Shown here piece by piece: positions 42,717 through 53,349 of a stretch of 64,000 bases of DNA. Below the pieces are notes generated by a model that was not told the DNA's origin, did not search any database, and saw nothing but the letters and a program-made list of their open reading frames with translations. The DNA is from Oxalobacter sp. (GTDB taxonomy: Bacteria; Pseudomonadota; Gammaproteobacteria; Burkholderiales; Burkholderiaceae_D): assembly GCA_018384065.1 (NCBI GenBank), contig JAHAYL010000051.1:840-64839 (forward strand). The letters are read 5' to 3'. Position 1 is the stretch's first letter; every line of letters starts with the position of its first letter. Position numbers and translations under genes: made by a program.

Positions 42717-43274
42717 ATGACACAACTGACAATCCTGCGGTATCCAGATTCCCGTTTGATGAAACCTTCCGAACCGGTTGAGGTCTTCGATGAAGCATTG
42801 AAGAAACTGGTGGAAGATATGGGAGAGACCATGTACAAGGCACCGGGCGTTGGCCTGGCGGCTCCCCAGGTCAATGTGCATCGCAGGATTATCGTAGTGG
42901 ATACATCTGAGAAGAAAGACGACCTGAAGGTGCTCATCAATCCTGAGATTGTCAGTCTCAGTGAAGAAAAGAAAGTGTATGAGGAAGGCTGTCTGTCATT
43001 GCCGCATATCTATGAAAATGTCGAACGGCCGGCACAGGTGAAAGTCAGGGCGCAGGATATCCATGGCGGATGGTTTGAACTGGAAGGGGATGGTCTGCTG
43101 GCAGTCTGTCTCCAGCATGAGATAGACCATCTTAAGGGAACGGTTTTTGTAGATTATCTATCGCCAATGAAGCGGAACCGGATCAAGAGCAAACTGCTCA
43201 AGGAAGAGCGGGAAATCAAAAAAGCGGCTGCTGCCCAGAATTCCGGTAAAAACAGGAAGAAAGGCAGACGATGA
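42717..43274 (+). CDS. def: Peptide deformylase
   Basis: [24 protein letters not shown]. Confidence 0.98.
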   Translation: MTQLTILRYPDSRLMKPSEPVEVFDEALKKLVEDMGETMYKAPGVGLAAPQVNVHRRIIVVDTSEKKDDLKVLINPEIVSLSEEKKVYEEGCLSLPHIYENVERPAQVKVRAQDIHGGWFELEGDGLLAVCLQHEIDHLKGTVFVDYLSPMKRNRIKSKLLKEEREIKKAAAAQNSGKNRKKGRR

Positions 43275-44221
43275 GGATTGTATTTGCGGGAACGCCGGAA
43301 TTTGCCGCAACGGCGTTGGATGCACTGATCAAGGCAGGACATGAGATTGCATTGGTGTTGACCCAGCCTGACCGTCCCGCAGGACGTGGTATGAAGCTGC
43401 AGCCTTCAGCAGTCAAGAAGCTGGCGCTTGCCAACGGTATTCCTGTAGAACAGCCGGTTTCCCTCCGTATTGATGGGAAATATGGTGAAGAGGCCAAGCG
43501 GGTCTATAACCGTATCAAGACCATTGGCCCAGATATCATGGTTGTGGTTGCTTATGGCCTGATCCTGCCGAAGGTTTTCCTGGATATCCCTGAAAACGGT
43601 TGCCTGAATATCCATGCTTCCCTGTTGCCGAGGTGGCGGGGGGCGGCACCAATCCAGCGTGCCATTGAGGCAGGAGATGCCGAGAGCGGGGTCGCCATCA
43701 TGCGGATGGAAGAGGGATTGGATACCGGTCCTGTCCTGATAATGGCATCTACACCTATCACGGAATCAGATACAGCGGCAGTCCTGCATGACCGTCTGGC
43801 GGAGATGGGGGGAAAACTGATTGTCAGGGCATTGCAGGCAATAGCGGATGGTACAGCAACCTATACCCCGCAGGATGAAGGGAATGCCGTTTATGCCAAG
43901 AAACTCCATCGTGATGAAGCGGCACTGGATTTCACGTTGCCCGCCAAGGAAATCGCCGCCAGGATACGGGCTTTCAATCCTTTCCCCGGCTGCACAGCAG
44001 TGTGCGGGGAGACTACCCTGAAAATATGGGATGCCAGGGCAGAGGATGCAGATGCCAGCCAGCCAGCTGGGAAAATCCTTTCTGTGGATGGTTCGGGTGT
44101 TGTTGTTGCCTGTGGTCAGGGAGCACTCCGGATATTGGCTTTGCAGAAACCGGGAGCCAGACGCTTGCCGGTATCTGAATTCATCAAGGGTTTTTCCTTT
44201 GACGGTGGACAGATGAAATGA
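43271..44221 (+). CDS. fmt: Methionyl-tRNA formyltransferase
   Basis: [34 protein letters not shown]. Confidence 0.98.
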   Translation: MRIVFAGTPEFAATALDALIKAGHEIALVLTQPDRPAGRGMKLQPSAVKKLALANGIPVEQPVSLRIDGKYGEEAKRVYNRIKTIGPDIMVVVAYGLILPKVFLDIPENGCLNIHASLLPRWRGAAPIQRAIEAGDAESGVAIMRMEEGLDTGPVLIMASTPITESDTAAVLHDRLAEMGGKLIVRALQAIADGTATYTPQDEGNAVYAKKLHRDEAALDFTLPAKEIAARIRAFNPFPGCTAVCGETTLKIWDARAEDADASQPAGKILSVDGSGVVVACGQGALRILALQKPGARRLPVSEFIKGFSFDGGQMK

Positions 44222-44252
44222 CAAAGGACATCCAGAATCGACAGGGACAGCT

Positions 44253-44726
44253 ATGAGATTTGAACATCTGCTTGAAATCAATAATTTCGATCATCCCGAG
44301 GCACAGATCCTTGCCAGGGAGCAGGTCTGGAAAGGCCTGTTGATGTGGATACGGAAACCGACATTGTTCATCCCGCATCTGGAAAAATGCGATGTCAAGG
44401 AGCTGATGGGAACCTATCACCGTTCATTGGATTATGGGAAATTCAGTTTCCAGGACAAAGTCACCTGCACCCATATGGAGAAAATCGTCTTTGACATCCC
44501 GGCGCAGGGTGATATGCCATCGACTTCTTTGGTGGTGACATTGGAAGAACCGTTCAATCAGCGGCTGTTTGTACGGTTCATCTATGAGAATACAGTATCG
44601 GATGAAGGTCCCGAAGCAAAATACAATGGCTTCCTGAAATCAGCATGGGAAGCGGCGGATGTGGATATCATCCGCCTGATCCATGAAATGGCTGCTACGG
44701 GGCAACTGGAAGACGTTGCCCCTTGA
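44253..44726 (+). CDS. SRPBCC/DUF1857 (AtaL-like) family protein
   Basis: MRFEHLLEIN...REQVWKGL...P.LFIPHL pattern; family assigned from memory. Confidence 0.7.
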   Translation: MRFEHLLEINNFDHPEAQILAREQVWKGLLMWIRKPTLFIPHLEKCDVKELMGTYHRSLDYGKFSFQDKVTCTHMEKIVFDIPAQGDMPSTSLVVTLEEPFNQRLFVRFIYENTVSDEGPEAKYNGFLKSAWEAADVDIIRLIHEMAATGQLEDVAP

Positions 44727-44734
44727 TTGACGTG

Positions 44735-45571
44735 TCAAAGGATGTCGAGTGGCATCTTATGGGTTGGAGGCGGGAAGACCCGGTCCAGTTCACTGAGGAC
44801 TTCTTGGGAAAGCTCGATGTCCCATGCCTTGCGGTTTTCCTCGATACGTTGAGTGTTGGAAGATTTAGGGATAGGAACCGTTCCCTGATGCAGGAGCCAG
44901 GACAGTGCCAGCTGGGCCGGTGTGATGGACAGTTCCTGTGCGATACGCACCAGACCGCTGGATCTCAACAGGCGGGTCTGATACAGCGGGGAATAGGCCA
45001 TCACAGGGATATTGCGTTTTTTCTGCCATGGGATCAGGTCCCATTCGATTCCCCGTGAACCAAGGTTGTAGAGCACCTGATTGATGCAGCAGTTGCCGTC
45101 TGGGTCATATTCTTCAGCTTCCTGCATATCATCGGTATCGAAGTTCGAGACACCCCAAGAGCGGATTTTGCCTTCTTGCCGTAGTTTTTCCAAGGCTTCA
45201 AAGGTTTCCTCCAGGGAATAACCCCCGCGCCAATGCAGCAGGTACATATCCAGGTAATCTGTTTTCAGGCGTTTCAGGCTGTCTTCAAACGCCCTGACCG
45301 TACCCCGCAGGCTGGCATGGTTTGGCAGGACCTTGCTGACAAGGAATATCTTGTCACGTCTTCCAGCAATGGCTTCACCGACGACTTTTTCCGCACCGCC
45401 ATTGCCGTACATCTCAGCAGTGTCAATCAGTGTCAGTCCGATATCGATGCCGTGCTGCAAAGCGGCGATTTCATTTTTCTTCTCAAAAAGGGATTCACCC
45501 ATAAACCAGGTGCCCTGTCCCAAGGTCGGCATTTCGATGCCGTTCCGCAAAGTGATGGTATGTGTTGGCAT
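44735..45571 (-). CDS. Aldo/keto reductase
   Basis: LGQGTW, IDTAEMYG, LVSKV, LLHWRG, GVSNF; AGGA RBS places the start at 45571. Confidence 0.94.
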   Translation of the reverse strand: MPTHTITLRNGIEMPTLGQGTWFMGESLFEKKNEIAALQHGIDIGLTLIDTAEMYGNGGAEKVVGEAIAGRRDKIFLVSKVLPNHASLRGTVRAFEDSLKRLKTDYLDMYLLHWRGGYSLEETFEALEKLRQEGKIRSWGVSNFDTDDMQEAEEYDPDGNCCINQVLYNLGSRGIEWDLIPWQKKRNIPVMAYSPLYQTRLLRSSGLVRIAQELSITPAQLALSWLLHQGTVPIPKSSNTQRIEENRKAWDIELSQEVLSELDRVFPPPTHKMPLDIL

Positions 45572-45589
45572 AATGATTGTCTTCCTGTT

Positions 45590-45712
45590 GATTACCGGAT
45601 TGGAAAGCCATGATGGCACCAAAAAATACCCGGCTTTCTCTAGTTGTTCCTGTTGCCGTTTATTTTGCATGGGTTCATCGTCCAGGACAAGAATCTTTAT
45701 CTGACCTTGCAT
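45590..45712 (-). pseudogene. Possible remnant of a response-regulator receiver domain N-terminus
   Basis: Reads MQGQIKILVLDDEPMQNKRQQEQLEKAGY; receiver-like spacing, but no phospho-acceptor region follows. Confidence 0.35.
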
Positions 45713-45724
45713 GGACCGCTGGGG

Positions 45725-45761
45725 AAAAACATTGCCATCAACAGTGCCGGTACTGGCAATG
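45725..45761 (-). terminator. Probable clpA terminator
   Basis: CATTGCCA/TGGCAATG stem followed by a T-tract on the minus strand. Confidence 0.55.
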
Positions 45762-45789
45762 GATTGGCTGAGCAGAGCTGTTTCCAATT

Positions 45790-48105
45790 TTAATGAAGGG
45801 TACGGGCTGCCGTGCCGCCGGCTTTTTCCGGTGTCTTGCTGCCATCGTCAAAGACAAGGCGGACTTCTTCACCTTTCCCGACATCCACAGTGACTTTCCC
45901 GCCGTCAACCAGCCGTCCGAACAGCAGTTCATCTGCAAGGGCTTTCCGGACAAGGTCCTGGATGAGCCGGAGCATTGGACGGGCTCCCATCATCGGGTCA
46001 AAGCCTTTCTTTGCCAGCATGTTACGGAGACCATCCGTGAAGATGACTTCCACTTTCTTGAGGCTGAGCTGGTCTTCAAGCTGCAACAGGAACTTGTCAA
46101 CCACCCGGAGGATGACATCCATATCCAAGGGTTTGAAGCTGATGATGGCATCAAGGCGGTTGCGGAATTCCGGCGTGAATGTCCGGCGGATTTCATCCAT
46201 TTCGTCCCCGAACTGCTTCAGTCCTGTAAAGCCGATAGACGATTTCTCAAGCGAATCCGCCCCTGCATTGGTCGTCATGATGATGATGATGTTCCGGAAG
46301 TCGGCTTTTCGGCCATTGTTGTCGGTCAGCGTGCCATGGTCCATGACCTGAAGGAGGATATTGAAGACATCAGGATGGGCTTTTTCGATTTCGTCCAACA
46401 GCAGGACAGCATGGGGTTTCTTATTGATGGCTTCAGTCAACAGACCGCCTTGGTCGAAACCGACATAACCGGGAGGCGCACCGATCAGACGGCTGACAGC
46501 ATGGCGTTCCATATATTCAGACATATCGAAGCGGATGAGTTCAATGCCCAGTTGGAAAGCCATCTGTCTGGCGACTTCGGTTTTGCCGACACCGGTTGGT
46601 CCGGAAAACAGGAAAGCGCCGATAGGCTTGTCCACTTTGCCCAAGCCTGCCCGTGCCATCTTGATGCTGGCAGCGAGTGCTTCAATGGCTTCATCCTGCC
46701 CGAAAACCAGGTTCTTCAGGTCGCGTTCAAGCGTCAGCAGACGGCTGCGGTCATCCTGGTTGACCGTCTGTGGCGGGATACGTGCCATCTTGGAGACAAC
46801 CGCTTCAATCTCTGCTTTGCCAATCACTTTCTTCTGCTTGGATTTCGGCATAATCCGCTGAGCGGCACCGGCTTCATCAATGACATCGATAGCCTTGTCT
46901 GGCAGATGGCGGTCGTTGATGTAACGGGCAGACAGCTCTGCTGCGGCTTGCAGTGCGGCAGAGGCATATTTGACGTTATGGTGTTCCTCAAAACGGGATT
47001 TCAGCCCTTTCAGGATCTGCACCGTCTGGTCGATGCTGGGTTCATTGATATCGATTTTCTGGAAGCGTCTTGCCAGTGCATGGTCTTTCTCGAAAATGTT
47101 GCGGAATTCACCATAAGTGGTTGCACCAATGCACATCAGCTGGCCGTTTGATAAAGCAGGTTTCAGCAGGTTTGAGGCATCCATCGTGCCACCGGAAGCG
47201 GAACCGGCACCGATGATGGTATGGATTTCATCAACAAACAGGATGGCATGCTTGCTGTCAGTCAATGCCTTCAGGACAGATTTCAGGCGCTCTTCGAAAT
47301 CGCCCCGGAACTTGGTGCCGGCAAGCAATGCGCCCATATCAAGCGCATAGATGACTGCATCCTGAAGGACTTCAGGAATCTCTTTCCTGACGATACGCAG
47401 TGCCAGGCCTTCGGCGATGGCGGTTTTACCGACACCGGCTTCCCCAACCAGCAGGGGATTGTTTTTCCTTCTGCGGCAGAGGACCTGGATGGTCCTGTCG
47501 ATTTCTTCAAACCTGCCGATCAGCGGGTCGATTATGCCGGATTCAGCGGCTTTGTTCAGGTTATGGGTATAGCGTTCAAGTGGTGATTCTTCCTTGTCAG
47601 GACTGGAACCGGTTGGTGTCTCTTCAGCACCTTCGGTGGCTTTCTCTGCTTCTTTGGGCACATCTTTCCGGATGCCATGTGCAATGAAATTGACGACATC
47701 CAGCCGGGTGATGCCTTGTTGGTGCAGGAAATAGACTGCATGCGCATCTTTCTCGCCAAACAGGGAGGCGAGGACGGTGGCACCGGTGACCTCATCTTTC
47801 CCTGCGCCGGATGAGGCGGACTGCGCATGCATGATGGCCCGTTGGATGACACGTTGGAAACCGAGCGTCGGTTGGGTATCCATATCCTTTGTGCTAGGAA
47901 CAACCGGTGTGTTGTCACGGATAAAATCGGTCAATGATCCACGCAGCAGGTCAAAATCAGCATTGCAGGCCTTCAACGCCTCAACAACCGTCGGTTCATC
48001 CAGGATGGCCAGCAGCAGATGCTCAACGGTGATGAACTCGTGACGTGCCTGGTTGGCATTGGTAAAGGCTTTCTGAAGGCAGGTTTCAAGGTCTTTGGCA
48101 ATCAT
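45790..48105 (-). CDS. clpA: ATP-dependent Clp protease ATP-binding subunit ClpA
   Basis: [35 protein letters not shown]; coupled to clpS. Confidence 0.98.
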   Translation of the reverse strand: MIAKDLETCLQKAFTNANQARHEFITVEHLLLAILDEPTVVEALKACNADFDLLRGSLTDFIRDNTPVVPSTKDMDTQPTLGFQRVIQRAIMHAQSASSGAGKDEVTGATVLASLFGEKDAHAVYFLHQQGITRLDVVNFIAHGIRKDVPKEAEKATEGAEETPTGSSPDKEESPLERYTHNLNKAAESGIIDPLIGRFEEIDRTIQVLCRRRKNNPLLVGEAGVGKTAIAEGLALRIVRKEIPEVLQDAVIYALDMGALLAGTKFRGDFEERLKSVLKALTDSKHAILFVDEIHTIIGAGSASGGTMDASNLLKPALSNGQLMCIGATTYGEFRNIFEKDHALARRFQKIDINEPSIDQTVQILKGLKSRFEEHHNVKYASAALQAAAELSARYINDRHLPDKAIDVIDEAGAAQRIMPKSKQKKVIGKAEIEAVVSKMARIPPQTVNQDDRSRLLTLERDLKNLVFGQDEAIEALAASIKMARAGLGKVDKPIGAFLFSGPTGVGKTEVARQMAFQLGIELIRFDMSEYMERHAVSRLIGAPPGYVGFDQGGLLTEAINKKPHAVLLLDEIEKAHPDVFNILLQVMDHGTLTDNNGRKADFRNIIIIMTTNAGADSLEKSSIGFTGLKQFGDEMDEIRRTFTPEFRNRLDAIISFKPLDMDVILRVVDKFLLQLEDQLSLKKVEVIFTDGLRNMLAKKGFDPMMGARPMLRLIQDLVRKALADELLFGRLVDGGKVTVDVGKGEEVRLVFDDGSKTPEKAGGTAARTLH

Positions 48106-48419
48106 GCTTTCTCCATCACACATTGAAGGGGATGCCCTTCCTGACGGGCGTGGGCAGTGACCTGCGAGACCTTGGTTGCTGCGATGTCTTTAGGATAGGT
48201 TCCGCAGACACCCCGTCCTTCCTTGTGGACTTTCAGCATGACCTGCATGGCAGATACCTCATCTTTGTTGAAATACTGCCGTAAGATGAAGACGACAAAC
48301 TCCATCGTTGTGAAATCATCATTGAGCAGAACCACTTTATACATCGGCGGGGGCTTGAGCGCGGTATCCTGTTTTTCAAGCACCGCCTCACCGCCCGGTT
48401 GACTGTCTATCGGGGTCAT
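48102..48419 (-). CDS. clpS: Clp protease adaptor ClpS
   Basis: [29 protein letters not shown]. Confidence 0.97.
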   Translation of the reverse strand: MTPIDSQPGGEAVLEKQDTALKPPPMYKVVLLNDDFTTMEFVVFILRQYFNKDEVSAMQVMLKVHKEGRGVCGTYPKDIAATKVSQVTAHARQEGHPLQCVMEKA

Positions 48420-48521
48420 AAGGCATCCCTTTCAAAAACTTCCTATAAGTATATTTGTTTTAAACGGTACTGCGCCATATGACAGGTCAGAAACCTGCTG
48501 GATTTCCATTACAATGCCAGT

Positions 48522-49247
48522 ATGGAAATGACACTCGAAAAAATCCTGCAAAGCCAAGGATTTGGCACCCGCCGCCAATGCCGTGACTTAGTATGGGATG
48601 GTGCGGTTGAGATTGGTGGCAGGGTCTGTGAAAACCCAATTGAACGGATATCGACCGATGGCTTGGTGTTTACCGTGGATGGCAAAGCCTGGCAGTACAG
48701 GGAACATCTCTATCTGATGATGCATAAGCCGGAAGGCTATGAATGCTCGCATGAGCCGCAGCATCATACCAGTGTGTTTGCACTGGTGCCTTGGCAGTTC
48801 CTCAACCGCAACCTGCAATGTGTCGGCCGATTGGATCAGGATACAACAGGCTTGCTGCTGCTGTCTGATGATGGTCAGTTCATCCACCGCTATACATCCC
48901 CGAAAAAGCATGTTCCCAAGGTTTACCGGATTGCCTTGGCAGATACTGTTACTGATGCACAGGTTTTCGCATTGGAATCAGGTGTGCAGCTTCACCAGGA
49001 GAAAAATATCAGCAGGGCATTGTCCTGTGGGCGGTTGGGTACGGATTGCCTGGAAATGACGGTTGATGAAGGGAAATACCATCAGGTCAAGCGGATGGTA
49101 GCCGCAGTCGGCAACCGGGTGGTTGGTCTGCATAGAAGTACCATCGGCGGGCTTTTATTGCCTGAAGACCTGGAGGCAGGGCAATGGCGTCATCTGACAG
49201 CGGAAGACCTGAAGAAACTTGCCGGATTGCCTGCCAGTCAGGATTGA
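48522..49247 (+). CDS. rsuA: RsuA-family rRNA pseudouridine synthase
   Basis: N-terminal S4-like domain, HKPEGY, VGRLDQDTTGLLL, EGKYHQVKRM. Confidence 0.9.
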   Translation: MEMTLEKILQSQGFGTRRQCRDLVWDGAVEIGGRVCENPIERISTDGLVFTVDGKAWQYREHLYLMMHKPEGYECSHEPQHHTSVFALVPWQFLNRNLQCVGRLDQDTTGLLLLSDDGQFIHRYTSPKKHVPKVYRIALADTVTDAQVFALESGVQLHQEKNISRALSCGRLGTDCLEMTVDEGKYHQVKRMVAAVGNRVVGLHRSTIGGLLLPEDLEAGQWRHLTAEDLKKLAGLPASQD

Positions 49248-49395
49248 TGCCTGTCTATTGGATAGGCGCTTTGTTGGTATTCCAGGGCTTTTTTATTTGC
49301 CGGTTTTCGTGTAACTTACATCTTTTTGCTTACCGGAGGTTTCCGGTGGCGTTGTCTCGAACTGTTTATAACGATTCTTATTTCTGTAGATAGAT

Positions 49396-50259
49396 ATGAC
49401 TGCTCAAATCATCAGCGGTAACGAACTCGCAAAGAAAATCCGGGAAGATATTGCAAAACGTGCGGCGGCACTGGCAGAGAAAGGAGTTGTCCCTGGCCTG
49501 GCTGTGATTCTGGTTGGGAATGACCCAGCTTCGACCGTTTATGTCCGTAATAAAGAAAATGCTTCCGTCAAGAATGGCATCCGGTCCATCATGGAGAGAT
49601 ATCCAGAAGATTTCACTGAAGAAGCCTTGCTGGAACGCATCCGCGTGCTGAATGAAGACCCATCTGTCCATGGTATCCTAGTCCAGTTGCCTTTACCGAA
49701 ACACATTGATACCCGCAAGGTCATCGATGCGATTGCGCCTGAAAAAGACATGGACTGCTTCAGCGTTTTCAATACAGGGATGCTGATGATCGGTGAACCA
49801 CGTATCAAGCCCTGCACGCCATTCGGTGTGATGAAGATGCTGGAATCTGTCAATTATCCGATACGCGGTGCCCGCGCAGTGATTGTCGGGGCTTCCAATA
49901 TCGTTGGCAAACCGATGTCCATGCTGCTGTTGCAGGCTGGTGCAACCGTGACCATCTGCAATTCCAAGACGCGTGACCTTGGTTTCCAGACCCGTCAGGC
50001 GGATATCCTGATTGCTGCTTCCGGTGTCCGCCATATCATCAAGGCAGATATGGTCAAGCCTGGGGCGGTTGTCATCGATGTCGGTATCGGCCGTGGAGAG
50101 GATGGCAAACTGTATGGTGATGTGGATTTCGAGAACGTCAAGGAAGTGGCGGGTTATATCTCCCCGGTCCCAGGCGGTGTCGGTCCGATGACCATCACCA
50201 TGCTGCTGTCCAATGCGGTTGATGCAGCAGAAAAGGCACAGAAAGCCTCCCAGCAGTAA
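49396..50259 (+). CDS. folD: Bifunctional methylenetetrahydrofolate dehydrogenase/cyclohydrolase
   Basis: [31 protein letters not shown]. Confidence 0.97.
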   Translation: MTAQIISGNELAKKIREDIAKRAAALAEKGVVPGLAVILVGNDPASTVYVRNKENASVKNGIRSIMERYPEDFTEEALLERIRVLNEDPSVHGILVQLPLPKHIDTRKVIDAIAPEKDMDCFSVFNTGMLMIGEPRIKPCTPFGVMKMLESVNYPIRGARAVIVGASNIVGKPMSMLLLQAGATVTICNSKTRDLGFQTRQADILIAASGVRHIIKADMVKPGAVVIDVGIGRGEDGKLYGDVDFENVKEVAGYISPVPGGVGPMTITMLLSNAVDAAEKAQKASQQ

Positions 50260-50272
50260 TCTTTCGACCAGC

Positions 50273-50300
50273 AAGGGTACGCATCTGCGTGCCCTTTTTT
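50273..50300 (+). terminator. Intrinsic terminator after folD
   Basis: AAGGGTACGCA-tc-TGCGTGCCCTT followed by TTTT. Confidence 0.75.
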
Positions 50301-50330
50301 CAAGTTTTTCCATAAGGGGAGATTGGTATC

Positions 50331-52388
50331 ATGGAAAATCCTTTGCTCGATTTCAGCGGACTTCCCCGTTTTGATGAAATCCGTCCTGAACATATCACAC
50401 CAGCCATTACCCAACTGCTTGAGCGGTGCCGAAAGGTTGTTGCGGAATTAGAAAAGCCTGCGGTGGAAGTCACTTGGGATGGTTTTGTCACCCCATTGGA
50501 TGACTGTACAGAACAGCTGAGCCGTGCATGGGGTATTGTCGGGCATCTATGTGCTGTAGTCGATACGCCTGAGCTGCGGGCTGCTTACAATGAGAATATC
50601 CCGGCGGTGACGGCATTCTGGACATCCCTGTCCCAGAATCTGGCACTGTTTGAAAAATACAAGGCAATCCGCCAGGTACCATCATTTGATGCCCTGCCAC
50701 CTGCCCGTAAGCGGGTGGTTGAGAATACACTGCGGGATTTCCGCTTGGGTGGTGCAGAATTGCCTGATGAGAAGAAAAAGGCCTATGCCGATATCCAGGA
50801 AAAAACGGCTTCGCTTTCCACCCGCTTTGCTGAGAATGTCCTTGATGCAACCAATCATTTTGAACTGTTGGTGACAGACAGGAAGGATCTGGCGGGATTG
50901 CCGGAAGATGTCTGTCAGATGGCGCGTTCTGCTGCTGAGGCAGAGCAGAAAGACGGTTGGAAATTCACCTTGCATTTCCCTTCCTATCTGCCCGTCATGC
51001 AGTATGCGGACAACCGTGACCTGCGCGAAAGGATGTACCGGGCAAGCTGTACCCGTGCTTCTGAATTGGGGGAAAACCCTGATTGGGACAATACCCAGAT
51101 CATCCAGGACCTGTTGAAATTGAGGAAACAGGAAGCAGGCCTGCTGGGATACCGGAATTTCGCTGAGGTTTCCCTTGTCCCGAAAATGGCGGATACCCCT
51201 GAGGAGGTCATCGCTTTCCTCGAAAAACTGGCTAAACGGGCTAGGCCTTCTGCCGAGAAAGACTGGGCAGAACTGAAAGCATTTGCTTCAGGGGAATTGG
51301 GACTGGATGACATGCAGGCTTGGGACCTTGCTTATGTTTCTGAAAAACTCCGCCAGAAACGGTATGCGTTTTCTGAACAGGAAGTGAAGCAGTATTTTCC
51401 GGAAAACAAGGTCATTGATGGATTGTTCGGTTTGGTATCAAAGCTGTACGGCATCACCATCAAGCCCGACCAGGCGCCAGTCTGGCATAAGGATGTGAAG
51501 TTCTTCCGGATTGAAAAAGAAGGCAGACTGGTTGGCCAGTTCTATATGGACCTGTATGCCCGGAAAGGGAAACGGGGCGGGGCATGGATGGATGATGCCC
51601 GGAGCCGCCGTATGACTGCCAACGGGTTGCAGACCCCGGTTGCGTACTTGAACTGCAATTTTTCAGCGCCTATGATGAAAGACGGCGTCTTGCAGCCTTC
51701 GCTGTTCAGGCATGATGAAGTCCAGACACTGTTCCATGAATTCGGGCATGGCATGCACCATCTGATGACACAGGTCGATGACCTCGGTGTTTCCGGCATT
51801 TCCGGTGTGGAATGGGATGCTGTCGAACTGCCATCCCAGTTCATGGAGAATTTCTGTTGGGAATGGGATGTGGTCCAGGGGATGAGTTCCCATGTCCAAA
51901 CAGGCGAGGCTTTGCCCCGTTCCCTGTTCGACAAGATGATGGCTGCGAAGAACTACCAGTCTGGGATGGGGATGCTGCGCCAGGTTGAGTTTGCGCTGGT
52001 CGATATGCACCTGCATTATGATTACAATCCAGAGGGAACCCAGTCTGCCCGTGAAGTCTTGGATGATATCCGCAGGCAGTTTGCGGTCAATATCCCGCCA
52101 TCGTTCAACCGTTTCCTCAATGCTTTCAGCCATATCTTTGCAGGGGGATATTCAGCAGGTTATTACAGTTATAAATGGGCGGAAGTGCTTTCTGCGGATG
52201 TTTACAGTGCTTTTGAGGAAGCGGCTGAAAAAGAAGGGACGGCTGTGTCGCCTTCAATGGGTGCAAAACTGGTGGCAGAAATCCTTTCAAGGGGCGGCTC
52301 ACGTCCTGCGATTGAATCATTTGAGGCATTCCGGGGACGCCGTCCGACGATTGATGCGCTGCTCCGCCATAGCGGGTTGGCATCCTGA
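50331..52388 (+). CDS. prlC: Oligopeptidase A (M3 family)
   Basis: MENPLL, KRGGAWM, FHEFGH, DAVELPSQ, YYSYKWAE. Confidence 0.96.
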   Translation: MENPLLDFSGLPRFDEIRPEHITPAITQLLERCRKVVAELEKPAVEVTWDGFVTPLDDCTEQLSRAWGIVGHLCAVVDTPELRAAYNENIPAVTAFWTSLSQNLALFEKYKAIRQVPSFDALPPARKRVVENTLRDFRLGGAELPDEKKKAYADIQEKTASLSTRFAENVLDATNHFELLVTDRKDLAGLPEDVCQMARSAAEAEQKDGWKFTLHFPSYLPVMQYADNRDLRERMYRASCTRASELGENPDWDNTQIIQDLLKLRKQEAGLLGYRNFAEVSLVPKMADTPEEVIAFLEKLAKRARPSAEKDWAELKAFASGELGLDDMQAWDLAYVSEKLRQKRYAFSEQEVKQYFPENKVIDGLFGLVSKLYGITIKPDQAPVWHKDVKFFRIEKEGRLVGQFYMDLYARKGKRGGAWMDDARSRRMTANGLQTPVAYLNCNFSAPMMKDGVLQPSLFRHDEVQTLFHEFGHGMHHLMTQVDDLGVSGISGVEWDAVELPSQFMENFCWEWDVVQGMSSHVQTGEALPRSLFDKMMAAKNYQSGMGMLRQVEFALVDMHLHYDYNPEGTQSAREVLDDIRRQFAVNIPPSFNRFLNAFSHIFAGGYSAGYYSYKWAEVLSADVYSAFEEAAEKEGTAVSPSMGAKLVAEILSRGGSRPAIESFEAFRGRRPTIDALLRHSGLAS

Positions 52389-52473
52389 CTTTCCAACAGG
52401 GGAAAAACAGACCATAATGCTGATGCCTTCCCATTGATGGATGGCGGTTTTCCGTTGGCGTTTTTTTCATCCT

Positions 52474-52905
52474 ATGACCAGAATCGAGTTCCGTACAAAC
52501 ATTGCAGATAAAATCAGCTATACCTGCCGCTGGGTACGCAAGGCTTTGGCGCAGGGACCTGACATCAGTATTGTGATCCTGGCCGAAGACAGCAGGCAGC
52601 TTACGGTGCTTGACCAGGCGTTGTGGACTTTTTCGGATATTGATTTCCTGCCGCATGCTGTCCTGGGGGCACCACTGGCGTCACGGTCAAGGGTGGTCCT
52701 GACAGATGATGGGGAAGCAGACCTGCCTGAAAGCCAGATTCTCGTCAACCTTTCCAGGACAGTCCCTGCCAGCTATGCCCGTTTTGACAGGTTGCTTGAG
52801 CTTGTCTCAACAGATGCTGTCGATGTGGATGCCGGACGGAAAAGATATGTGCATTACCGTGACAGGGGATATGCACTCCATCACGAAAATGTTAACCAGA
52901 AATGA
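52474..52905 (+). CDS. holC: DNA polymerase III chi subunit
   Basis: LDQALWTF...FLPH, LVNLS, GRKRYVHYRDRG; start set at 52474. Confidence 0.9.
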   Translation: MTRIEFRTNIADKISYTCRWVRKALAQGPDISIVILAEDSRQLTVLDQALWTFSDIDFLPHAVLGAPLASRSRVVLTDDGEADLPESQILVNLSRTVPASYARFDRLLELVSTDAVDVDAGRKRYVHYRDRGYALHHENVNQK

Positions 52906-52906
52906 T

Positions 52907-53308
52907 ATGACGCCAGATACCAGTGAAGCCAAACAGGTTCCAACCCCTGCAGGAAAAGGCGGGGAAGATTATCCTCTGCTGACAGAAGTCCTGTCGACAT
53001 TGCCGGATATTGTGGACTCTGCCCAGAATGAGCGCGCTTGGATTGAATTGGAGGAACGCCTTGCCCAGCGGATCATGGACCGGGTACAGGAGCGTATTGG
53101 ATTCATACTTGAAGAAATCATCCAGCAGAATCTGGCAACGACATTGCAGAAAGTGACAGGTACACTGTCTGAAGCCATCACCGCTGACCTGAAAAGTACG
53201 CTGGAAGTGGTTGTGACACATACTGTTTCAGATGAATTGCAGAGACTGAAGCAAAAAGGATATTTTTCCGATGCCAATCGTCTTAAAATAGCGGACAATC
53301 AGGATTGA
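52907..53308 (+). CDS. Hypothetical protein (DUF2486-like by position after holC)
   Basis: YPLLTEV motif followed by a helical region; immediately after holC; start set at 52907. Confidence 0.65.
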   Translation: MTPDTSEAKQVPTPAGKGGEDYPLLTEVLSTLPDIVDSAQNERAWIELEERLAQRIMDRVQERIGFILEEIIQQNLATTLQKVTGTLSEAITADLKSTLEVVVTHTVSDELQRLKQKGYFSDANRLKIADNQD

Positions 53309-53349
53309 TTGGATGCCAGGCTGGAAAACAGATCTTTGAAGGGGGAACC

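Noticed and set aside
45793-47151. Long antisense ORFs over clpA (also 10548-11708 over secD, 25128-26255 over ilvD, 58089-59174 over ghrA, 2838-3764)
   Set aside because: Shadow frames of genes with biased codon usage; no RBS or domain evidence.
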